Virus record (IMG/VR): IMGVR_UViG_3300036781_000120
Span: 1-51,016 of that record
Direction: 5' to 3' (one strand)
Length of the DNA: 51,016 nucleotides
From: a virus
Taxonomy: Duplodnaviria > Caudoviricetes
The notes below the pieces were generated by a model. That model was not told the origin of the DNA. It worked only from the letters and a program-made list of their open reading frames with translations, and searched no databases. The position numbers were made by a program, and so were the translations under genes. Shown one piece after another: positions 34,070 to 42,386 of the stretch (the stretch's first letter is position 1; each line of letters begins with the position of its first letter).

Positions 34070-36543
34070 TAGAACTATCCATTGCAACGGGACGTACGAT
34101 TAAGAGCCGGGAGACAAAGACCTGGAAAAACCAGACCATAACCTGGAATGCCCTTGTTAAAAAGTTATCCGATCCTATCCGGACACACGAGACATACGCA
34201 CAATATAAAGCTTTAGGCAATACCAAAGAAGGCAAGGAGCAGCAAGCGGACATAAAGGATAAAGGCGGTTTCGTAGGCGGTTATTTAAAAGACGGCCGGC
34301 GTAACCCGCATTCAGTTGAGCACCGCCAATTAATAACCCTTGATCTAGATTTCTCAAATTACGACTTTTGGGACGACTTTACTTGTTATTTTGGTAACGC
34401 GGCGGTTATCCACTCCACCCATAAACACGGGCCGAGCTCGCCGCGTTACCGGCTTATAATGCCTCTTAGTCGCCGGGTATCTAAAGAAGAGTACGAAGCG
34501 ATTTCGCGTAAGCTGGCTTCGTACCTGGATATAGAACTGTTCGACCCGACCACCTTCCAGCCTGAGCGCTTGATGTTCTGGCCAACGGTAGCCAAAGATG
34601 GGGACTGGGTATTTAAACAGCAAAAAGGCGACTGGCTGGACGCGGACGAGGTTTTAAGAAGCTATGAAGACTGGCGTGATATTAGCGCATGGCCGGTGCA
34701 TGCTGAAGAAACGGTTAAGATCAACAAAGGGTTAAAGTTGCAGGGTGATCCGACCACAAAGCCGGGGTTAATCGGTGCCTTTTGCCGTACGTACGATATT
34801 CACGAAGCAATTGAAACATTTTTATCCGACGTATATGAGAAAACAGATTTCGACGAGCGCTATACTTTTATTGAAGGTAGCGGCTCTAATGGCGCTATCG
34901 TTTATGGCGATGCCGCTGATTTCCTTTATAGTAATCACGGGAGTGATCCTACTAACGGGATACTGTGTAATTCTTTTGACTTGGTACGCCTTCACAAGTT
35001 TGGGCACGAAGATGCGGACGGCGATCAGGTTGAGATAACAAAGCGGAAATCGTATCGCTTGATGAACGATTTTGCTAAAACAATCAGCGAAGTAGTAAAA
35101 GAATACGGGGTGGCCCGCATTTCCGCAGCAAGCGATTTCGACGACGGCTTTGAGGTCGAAGCAGACTATAATAACGCGTGGCTGGGCAAACTGAAATTCG
35201 ACAAGTATAACAAGTACGACGCGACGACTACGAATTTCGAGCTGATAATAAAGCACGATCCCCGGTTAAGCAACCAGCCGTATTTTAACAAAGGAGAAAA
35301 ACCAGATAAAGTACCTTTGGGCAATCTGCGGTACGATAAGTTTAACTTACGCCCCGTAAGCACAAAGCCGTTACCGTGGAACAATTTTGACGGAGAAAGG
35401 CAATGGACCGATGAAGACGACGCGGGGTTACGGCATTACCTCGAAACGGAGTACGGGATCTATAACGCTACAAAGTGCAAAGACTCGCTAATGCTGGTAT
35501 TCCGGCAAAATGCTTTCCACCCCATAACAAACTATCTTGACAAACAGGAATGGGACGGCCTCGAACGCCTGGATACCCTGCTTATCGATTACCTGGGCGC
35601 GGACGATACGCGGTTTACCCGCTTAGCTACCCGGAAAGCATTTGTCGCGGCGGTTGCCCGTGTTTACGAACCAGGAATTAAGTTTGACTATGTGTTAACG
35701 CTTATGGGTAAAGAGGGCATAAAGAAAAGCATGCTTTTAGGCAAGATGTTCGGCAAATGGTTTAGTGATAGTTTTGTCGGGGTTGAAGGAAATAAAGCGT
35801 ACGAACAATTGCAAGGTGCCTGGGGCATAGAAATGGGTGAATTAAGCGGCATAAAGCGATCAGAGGCAGAGGCGGTAAAACACTTCATAACGAAACGCGA
35901 AGATCGCTTCCGAGTAGCCTACGGCGCCAGGATCGAAGGGTTTCCGCGTCAGTGTGTTTTTTTCGGCTCTACTAACGAGTATGCGTTCTTACGGGATAAC
36001 AACGGTAACCGGCGTTTCTGGCCTGTACAGGTAAACGCTTACGGGTTACTACATATTGACGATTTACCCATCGACCAGCTTTGGGCGGAAGCTAAACAGT
36101 ATTTCCAGTGGAAAGAGCCGCTTTACCTGGACGAAGATGTAGAGCAAGAGGCTAAAGAAGTACAGAACCAGCACACCGAGACAGACGACCGTACAGGAAT
36201 GATCGTTGAGTATTTGGATACATTGTTACCGATTAACTGGGAAACAATGAAGCTGCACGAACGGAAAGCGTTCCTGCACGACCCGGAAGCGCAATTTAAC
36301 ACCGGGGAATGGCCACGCCTTAAAGTATGCGTCGCTGAAATATGGTGCGAGCTACTGCAATCGCCTTTAAAGGAAATGACCACGCATAACACGAAATACA
36401 TTCATGCGATAATGGAAAAATTACCCGGCTGGGAGAAAACCCCCAGTAACTTATCGTTTGGGATTTACGGTAAACAGCGGGCATATAAGAAAGTAGACCT
36501 GATAAAAAGAGAACAACGAAGTAAAAATAAAACCAACAAATAA
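34066..36543 (+). CDS. Primase-helicase (AEP-like primase plus VapE/VirE-type P-loop helicase)
   Basis: GGFVGG, TLDLD, HSTHKH..PRYRLIMPL and QPERLMFWP; YEPGIKFD, Walker A GKEGIKKS, EMGEL, FRVAYG and FFGSTN..FLRDNNGNRRFWPV. Confidence 0.9.
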   Translation: MIELSIATGRTIKSRETKTWKNQTITWNALVKKLSDPIRTHETYAQYKALGNTKEGKEQQADIKDKGGFVGGYLKDGRRNPHSVEHRQLITLDLDFSNYDFWDDFTCYFGNAAVIHSTHKHGPSSPRYRLIMPLSRRVSKEEYEAISRKLASYLDIELFDPTTFQPERLMFWPTVAKDGDWVFKQQKGDWLDADEVLRSYEDWRDISAWPVHAEETVKINKGLKLQGDPTTKPGLIGAFCRTYDIHEAIETFLSDVYEKTDFDERYTFIEGSGSNGAIVYGDAADFLYSNHGSDPTNGILCNSFDLVRLHKFGHEDADGDQVEITKRKSYRLMNDFAKTISEVVKEYGVARISAASDFDDGFEVEADYNNAWLGKLKFDKYNKYDATTTNFELIIKHDPRLSNQPYFNKGEKPDKVPLGNLRYDKFNLRPVSTKPLPWNNFDGERQWTDEDDAGLRHYLETEYGIYNATKCKDSLMLVFRQNAFHPITNYLDKQEWDGLERLDTLLIDYLGADDTRFTRLATRKAFVAAVARVYEPGIKFDYVLTLMGKEGIKKSMLLGKMFGKWFSDSFVGVEGNKAYEQLQGAWGIEMGELSGIKRSEAEAVKHFITKREDRFRVAYGARIEGFPRQCVFFGSTNEYAFLRDNNGNRRFWPVQVNAYGLLHIDDLPIDQLWAEAKQYFQWKEPLYLDEDVEQEAKEVQNQHTETDDRTGMIVEYLDTLLPINWETMKLHERKAFLHDPEAQFNTGEWPRLKVCVAEIWCELLQSPLKEMTTHNTKYIHAIMEKLPGWEKTPSNLSFGIYGKQRAYKKVDLIKREQRSKNKTNK

Positions 36544-36547
36544 GATT

Positions 36548-36847
36548 ATGAAATACGAAAATTTACCCACACCGATAGAAGCTATAAAAGCTTTTAACCA
36601 GGTGGTTGTACCGAAACCTATAGAGGCCTTTTTAGCTGAGTTCGGCAACGAATCGGAATTTTCCGAAAATACTAATTTACGCGGCGCTATTGTCGATGTT
36701 ATCAACTACGCTGAAAATCAGCAAGCCGATAAAATTCTATCACGTTTATCGGCAATCTTTACCGACTATAAAAACGCCGGCTTCGAAAACAGCGCCCAGG
36801 TAACTAAGTTTATAATGACTGAAATTGAACAAATTGTAAAGGTATGA
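36548..36847 (+). CDS. Hypothetical protein
   Basis: 99 aa ORF in the operon. Confidence 0.7.
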   Translation: MKYENLPTPIEAIKAFNQVVVPKPIEAFLAEFGNESEFSENTNLRGAIVDVINYAENQQADKILSRLSAIFTDYKNAGFENSAQVTKFIMTEIEQIVKV

Positions 36848-37062
36848 AAATTAAAAAAATACATTTTAACTGGCATCAAGTAAACTGGGATAATTCTGCG
36901 GGTGAAGATTTTCACGTTTATGAAATCGGTACCAAAGGTGTAACCGAAATAGAAGAGCATCCCGCAATGCGCGACGGTGACAAATGGTTCTATTACGTTA
37001 GGTTTGAAAACGGTTCTGAAATAAAGGTTTTTAATCCTAATCAAGTATTTTCAGAACCGTGA
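36844..37062 (+). CDS. Hypothetical protein
   Basis: 72 aa; ATGA-coupled. Confidence 0.7.
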   Translation: MKIKKIHFNWHQVNWDNSAGEDFHVYEIGTKGVTEIEEHPAMRDGDKWFYYVRFENGSEIKVFNPNQVFSEP

Positions 37063-37373
37063 AACCCGCCGAAGTTTCCGAAGCCTACATCGAAAAGCTG
37101 TTAAAGGAAAAGCTTAAAGCCGTATTCGGTACGCTGTATGTCCACTGGCTGTATTTGAAGTTTAAAGCGGTATGCTTTAACGGTGTACCCGACAGGCTTA
37201 TAATGTTACCCGGTAGACAGCTTTACTTCGTAGAGCTGAAGCGGCCTAAAGGCGGCGTATTATCACCGGTACAGATAACCGTTCACAAACTGTTTAAGTT
37301 TTTAGGCTTTCCGGTTTACGTGATCTGGACCGTTGAACAATTAGATAATTTTATTTTAGAAATTAGTATATGA
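37059..37373 (+). CDS. VRR-NUC domain nuclease
   Basis: GVPDRLIMLPGRQLYFVELKRPKGGVLSPVQ motif. Confidence 0.9.
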   Translation: MKPAEVSEAYIEKLLKEKLKAVFGTLYVHWLYLKFKAVCFNGVPDRLIMLPGRQLYFVELKRPKGGVLSPVQITVHKLFKFLGFPVYVIWTVEQLDNFILEISI

Positions 37374-39166
37374 GCGTTTGGGAAAACCTAAAGCACCTTA
37401 AAGGATTAAATGTTGTAAACCTGTTCGCAGGAATGGAAGTCGGGCGCCTTGCATGCGAACGCGCCGGTGTTCCTATTGATAAATATTATTCGTCTGAAAT
37501 AGATAAATACGCTATCCAGGTATCGAAAGCAAACTGGCCAGATATAATTCACCTCGGGGACGTAACAAAGGTTTACGGCTGTACGCTGCCGGACATACAT
37601 TTGCTTTTAGGGGGTAGCCCGTGCCAGGGTTTCAGTTTCGCCGGCAAACAGTTGAACTTTAACGATCCCCGTAGCGCGTTATTATTTGAGTACGTCCGCA
37701 TTTTAAAAGAGCTCAGGGAATTTAATCCGGATATCTACTTCTTGCTTGAAAACGTTATGATGAAAAAAGAATATCAGGACGTAATTTCCGAACTCTTGGG
37801 CGTTCAACCGGTAATGGTAAACAGCGCGTTAGTTTCAGCGCAAAACCGCAAACGACTATACTGGACGAACATTCCGTTCTTGGGGCAACCAGCGGACAAA
37901 GGGATTGTTTTAAAAGATATTTTGGAAACAAGCGGAACGGGTTTTGTTATCAATAGAAGTGAACGAAGTGAACGAAGTGAAAAAGCAACGTGCATAGATG
38001 CTAACTATCACAAAGGCGCGGATAATCACGGGCAACGCACTATGATAGGCGTTACTGTTATGGAAAACGGCAACGTTCGACCATATAAGAATGACGGACG
38101 TAAAGGCAGTTTATCGGAAATCGGCACTATAAGCCACGAAAATAACAAAAGTTGTACGCATACCGCTGCAAACACCCCTAAAATTATTATCGCAAATGTA
38201 AACCCTTCAGGCAGGGGCCAAAGCGGGCAGGTTTATAATATTGAAGGTAAAAGCCCTGCATTAACAACGAACAAGGGTGAGGGTGAGGGTAAAAGCCCTG
38301 CATTAACAACGAACAAGGGTGAGGGTAGCAAGATAGGCTGTTATCAAGTCGGTTTAGCGGACGACATAAAAGGTTTTGACGCAAACCGGCGCATATATTC
38401 GCAAGACGGAAAAGCACCTACGTTAATAAGTTCTACCGGTGGCCACAAAGCCCCGAAAGTAGAAATACCGCAAGAGTTGTATTTAACAGAAGAAGAAGTA
38501 AAAGCTTTTGCGCGACGGGGACGCATCGATGAAAACGGCGATTACGGAGTAAACTACGAAATACGGACAGACGAAAAAGCTAATGCAATGACGGTTAGTA
38601 ATTATAAAGATACCGGCATAATTCAAGCCGTGCGTATTGTCGGAAGAAAAATAAACCCAGAGACGAATAAACGTGACGATTACAATACCAACCTGATAGC
38701 GGAGCAACGCTTAGAAATAAACTCCGATCCTGGTAAAACCAATTGCTTAACGACAGTAGACAAAGACAACGTTATAGCTTTTTCAGAAGAAATAATTTTA
38801 TCAGAAAAAGAAGTACAACGGGGTATTTATCAGGCACAAGGCAAAGTCTGGAAAAGCGGTAATAAAATGGGTAACATGGATTTTCCGAATAATCCGAACA
38901 AGAAAGCTAAAACGCTTTGCACAGTCAACACGAAAGGGGGCAGAGAAACAAACCACGTTTTAGAAAACGGGTTAATGTATCGCAAACTAACTGTTACAGA
39001 ATGTGAGCGATTACAAACAGTTCCGGACGGATATACGCAAAGATTATCAGCTACCGCGAAGCAAATAAGCAATACTCAGGCTTACAAGATGCTCGGTAAT
39101 GGCTGGACTGCCGATGTAATTGCGCACCTATTAGGCCCTTTGGGCGATTACCGATTTCTTTACTAA
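37370..39166 (+). CDS. DNA (cytosine-5) methyltransferase with greatly expanded variable region
   Basis: Motif I LFAG, IV GGSPCQGFS, VI ENV, VIII QNRKRLYW, IX/X RKLTVTECERLQ...YKMLGNGW. Confidence 0.93.
   Translation: MSVWENLKHLKGLNVVNLFAGMEVGRLACERAGVPIDKYYSSEIDKYAIQVSKANWPDIIHLGDVTKVYGCTLPDIHLLLGGSPCQGFSFAGKQLNFNDPRSALLFEYVRILKELREFNPDIYFLLENVMMKKEYQDVISELLGVQPVMVNSALVSAQNRKRLYWTNIPFLGQPADKGIVLKDILETSGTGFVINRSERSERSEKATCIDANYHKGADNHGQRTMIGVTVMENGNVRPYKNDGRKGSLSEIGTISHENNKSCTHTAANTPKIIIANVNPSGRGQSGQVYNIEGKSPALTTNKGEGEGKSPALTTNKGEGSKIGCYQVGLADDIKGFDANRRIYSQDGKAPTLISSTGGHKAPKVEIPQELYLTEEEVKAFARRGRIDENGDYGVNYEIRTDEKANAMTVSNYKDTGIIQAVRIVGRKINPETNKRDDYNTNLIAEQRLEINSDPGKTNCLTTVDKDNVIAFSEEIILSEKEVQRGIYQAQGKVWKSGNKMGNMDFPNNPNKKAKTLCTVNTKGGRETNHVLENGLMYRKLTVTECERLQTVPDGYTQRLSATAKQISNTQAYKMLGNGWTADVIAHLLGPLGDYRFLY
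38246..38326 (+). repeat. 39-bp perfect tandem duplication (42-bp period) inside the MTase variable region
   Basis: GGTAAAAGCCCTGCATTAACAACGAACAAGGGTGAGGGT twice, encoding GKSPALTTNKGEG twice. Confidence 0.95.
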
Positions 39167-40497
39167 TGAAGCTGATACCACATGACTACCAGCTAAGAGC
39201 CATTGCGACCGGCAAGGAAAACGATAAATACCTGTATTTACTCGATATGGGCCTCGGAAAAAGCGTGGTAACGCTCACCATATTAAAATACCTGCTCAAC
39301 CGTTCCGAAGTCTTAAAGCCGCTTATCATAGCCCCGAAATTCGTTGCAGGCGATACCTGGCCCACTGAATTAGCAAAGTGGGATCATTTAGCCGGGTTCA
39401 CGATGTCGGTAATAGCCGGGACCGCTACAGAGCGCGTACAGGCGTTAAACAGTAACGCGGATATATACGTCGTTAGCCGGGATAATATCGCGTGGCTGGT
39501 AACCTACTACGGGCGCAAATGGCCTTACGATATGCTGGTACTGGATGAAAGCAGTAACTTCAAAAATGCTTCGTCGAAACGTTTTAAAGCCGTCAAATCG
39601 GTACTCCCCCGTACAAAGCGTTTAATCGAATTAACCGGAACGCCTATTCCAAACGGATTAATTGATCTTTGGGCGCAAATGTTTTTGATCGATCAGGGCG
39701 AACGGCTGCATAAGTTCCGGGAAAGCTTCAGGGCGTTGTACTATCACCCGACAAAGGCTTTAGCGCATGGTGCCATGCAATACGAGATCAACAAAGGCGC
39801 CGAAGATATTATTTACGATAGAATAAAAGACCGGTGTCTGAGCATGCGGGCAGTAGATCACCTGGACCTACCGGAACGACGGGACATTATCAGGGAGTTC
39901 TACCTGAGCCCGGCAGAAATGGAAGCGTATAAAGCGTTCAAGCGCGACAAGATATTAGAGACGCACGAAGGCCAGATAACCGCGTTTAACTCTTCGAGCT
40001 TGTACGGAAAGCTATTACAGTTCTCAAATGGTGCTGTTTACGACGAAGATAAAAACTGGCACCTGGTACACGATAAAAAGCTGGATTTGTTAGAAGAGGT
40101 CGTCGAAGAAGCGCAGGGACATAACGTAATAATCTGTTACCAGTTTAAAAGCGATCTCGAAAGGATAAAGGCCCGATTTCCTACGGCCGTACATATTAAG
40201 AAAGTAGAACAGATCAAATCGTTAAAAGCCGGTGAAATTAATATCGCTGTTTGCCACGCTGCCAGCTTAGGGTACGGGCTTAACCTGCAGGAGCATTTGC
40301 ATATTATGATCTGGTACGGTTTAACCAACGATGCGGAACAATACTGGCAAATGGTAAAACGTATCGACCGGCAGGGGCAAAAGTTCATGGTAAGCAACAT
40401 TATATTACTGGCTCACGGTACTTCAGAGTATAAAGTACATAAATCGATACTCGATAAGACTTATAACCAGGATAAGCTATTTGAAGCTTTGAAATAG
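39166..40497 (+). CDS. SNF2-like (SF2) phage helicase
   Basis: DMGLGKS, DESS, LTGTP, GYGLNLQ and RIDRQGQ motifs. Confidence 0.92.
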   Translation: MKLIPHDYQLRAIATGKENDKYLYLLDMGLGKSVVTLTILKYLLNRSEVLKPLIIAPKFVAGDTWPTELAKWDHLAGFTMSVIAGTATERVQALNSNADIYVVSRDNIAWLVTYYGRKWPYDMLVLDESSNFKNASSKRFKAVKSVLPRTKRLIELTGTPIPNGLIDLWAQMFLIDQGERLHKFRESFRALYYHPTKALAHGAMQYEINKGAEDIIYDRIKDRCLSMRAVDHLDLPERRDIIREFYLSPAEMEAYKAFKRDKILETHEGQITAFNSSSLYGKLLQFSNGAVYDEDKNWHLVHDKKLDLLEEVVEEAQGHNVIICYQFKSDLERIKARFPTAVHIKKVEQIKSLKAGEINIAVCHAASLGYGLNLQEHLHIMIWYGLTNDAEQYWQMVKRIDRQGQKFMVSNIILLAHGTSEYKVHKSILDKTYNQDKLFEALK

Positions 40498-41223
40498 TTA
40501 AATATCTAATTGTGATTCGTGAATAAACAGTTTTTCTACCGCGTCTTTTAAAGTGCGTTTATTAGCAATTCCTTTTTTAAGCACCATACTAAATACCGAA
40601 ACGAAATCTTCCGGAGCAGAGTATTCGGAGACAAAAACCGTATGCCCTCGACAAATTAACAATCGAACATAGTTCCAGAACTTTTCGTGATCGAATTTAA
40701 CCCGATATCCGGTCACTCCTTTATACGGCGGATCTAAATAAATTAAACTGTTTGGGGGTAAATCTACTTTATCATAAGAGAGAGAGGTAAATTTAACGTT
40801 TTTAAGTTTTCCTATTTGTGCTAAAATATTATTCGATGCCCCCAGTTGATAGTTACGCTGTATTCCGGTATCTGGAGTATGTAAACCAGCGTATCCACCA
40901 AAAGGTTTGCCGGAGTAGCTGCAACAAAAGCAAGCGTACCCGACTAAATGTAAATCGTATAGAATATCTTTATATTGCCTGATTTCATAATACTTTTCCT
41001 TTGATATTAAAGAAGGCGGTTTCCAACCCTCCTGCAAGGCTTTCCATAGAGCTATAAGCGGTTCGTTCACATCGTTTGCTAAACGGTGTGGGTGATTTAC
41101 TTTATCAATAAGATTACAACCACCGCAAAATAATTCCACATACGTTTGATCGGGTCTAAGGTCTTTAAGAATTATAGGTAAAATATGTTTAGCCAGTCTG
41201 GCCTTAGACCCCATGTACTTCAT
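40498..41223 (-). CDS. DNA adenine methyltransferase (Dam/D12 class)
   Basis: KYMGSKARL, ELFCGG, NDVN, YLDPPY and VFVSEY motifs. Confidence 0.9.
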   Translation of the reverse strand: MKYMGSKARLAKHILPIILKDLRPDQTYVELFCGGCNLIDKVNHPHRLANDVNEPLIALWKALQEGWKPPSLISKEKYYEIRQYKDILYDLHLVGYACFCCSYSGKPFGGYAGLHTPDTGIQRNYQLGASNNILAQIGKLKNVKFTSLSYDKVDLPPNSLIYLDPPYKGVTGYRVKFDHEKFWNYVRLLICRGHTVFVSEYSAPEDFVSVFSMVLKKGIANKRTLKDAVEKLFIHESQLDI

Positions 41224-41345
41224 TAATTGTATTTTTAAAGTGTGAAAAACTGTATAATTTTATGTAAAGCAAGTTGTACGCTATTTATACACCTGATTTT
41301 TAAGAACGTACGTATATTTGAGTAAGCAAACCAAATGTACGCATT

Positions 41346-41558
41346 ATGAAAAAATTTCAAAGGTTAATCGATAATTGCCAGGCAGAAATCGAAATCGAAA
41401 AATTAATTATCCAGGGTATCGAATCGGATATCGAAACAAAGACAAAGCAGCTTCAGGAAAAAATGATCCCGCACAAAGAGCGCATTGTTACCCTCGAAGA
41501 AGCGATCAACGACCTGCAGCAAATCCAAACCGATGACGACGAAAAAGAACCCATGTAA
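41346..41558 (+). CDS. Small coiled-coil protein
   Basis: 70 aa; TATATTTG promoter at about 41313-41320. Confidence 0.65.
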   Translation: MKKFQRLIDNCQAEIEIEKLIIQGIESDIETKTKQLQEKMIPHKERIVTLEEAINDLQQIQTDDDEKEPM

Positions 41559-41569
41559 AAAGAAGTAAA

Positions 41570-41601
41570 CAGGCCCGGCAATAGTCGGGCTTTGTTATTT
41601 T
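41570..41601. terminator. Terminator between convergent genes
   Basis: AGGCCCGGC-AATA-GTCGGGCTT followed by TGTTATTTT. Confidence 0.65.
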
Positions 41602-41954
41602 GCTAACATCTTTTGAAGGTGAATACTCAATACATCTTTTAAACTATCCCAGTTATGCTCACTCATAGTAAAGGGGCAATCCCGGATAATATCGGTTATC
41701 GTATCTTTCAATTTACCTTGCAGCCTTAAACGCGGATCAGGGTAATTATGTCCGTACTTATCCCAAAACTCGGTATAGATTTTACAATAAACATTGCCCC
41801 AAAAAGGGTAATTTTCTTCCGATTCATGCCAGTTAAAATTTCCCTCTTGTTTTTTAAGCAGTAAGTCAAGCTCACCGTTAGGCAGGTTACCGGCTTCTAT
41901 CTGAAGCGTGTACACCCTGTTTTGAATTTCGATTGGTAATTCGTTGATTTTCAT
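41595..41954 (-). CDS. Hypothetical protein
   Basis: 119 aa; AAAACCAACAAAAC leader. Confidence 0.7.
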   Translation of the reverse strand: MKINELPIEIQNRVYTLQIEAGNLPNGELDLLLKKQEGNFNWHESEENYPFWGNVYCKIYTEFWDKYGHNYPDPRLRLQGKLKDTITDIIRDCPFTMSEHNWDSLKDVLSIHLQKMLAK

Positions 41955-41971
41955 AATATGTTTTGTTGGTT

Positions 41972-42382
41972 TTAAGCAAATTTAACTATGGTAACACCTA
42001 ATTGCTCTTCGTTGGCTATCTTAATCATACTCTTTGTGCCTGGACTTTGGCCGTCCCAAAAAGCGATTAACCAATCTCCGTTTTGCGCCATTTTTAAATT
42101 GCGGTCATGCCCGGCCATAGCGTTATAAAGCTTACCATAATTATTAGTTTTAATAACCGCACCGGGTGCACCTAAGTAATCCCAAAGCGCGGGATAAAGC
42201 TTAAACTTATACCCGCGTTCTTTAGCATACTTTATGCCCAGTTTATCCGCTCCCGGTGCTTCGCCGCCTATAATAGTAATCGAACTTTTCGGTATTTCTT
42301 TTTCGCGGATAAACTTATCAACGCTTAGTTTCAATAAAACATAATTTTCGAATTTGCGGCCGCCCGCGATAATTATTCTCAT
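41972..42382 (-). CDS. SLOG-superfamily YspA-like (DUF2493) protein
   Basis: IIIAGGRKF, GGEAPGADKLG, AGHDRNLKMA and AFWDGQSPGTKSMI motifs. Confidence 0.88.
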   Translation of the reverse strand: MRIIIAGGRKFENYVLLKLSVDKFIREKEIPKSSITIIGGEAPGADKLGIKYAKERGYKFKLYPALWDYLGAPGAVIKTNNYGKLYNAMAGHDRNLKMAQNGDWLIAFWDGQSPGTKSMIKIANEEQLGVTIVKFA

Positions 42383-42386
42383 AATA

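Larger units (their letters stand above)
31712..35736. repeat. Dispersed 12-mer AAAAGCATGCTT (palindromic core AAGCATGCTT), 8 copies
   Basis: Copies start at 31712, 31741, 31787, 32327, 32579, 33037, 33080 and 35725. Confidence 0.9.
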
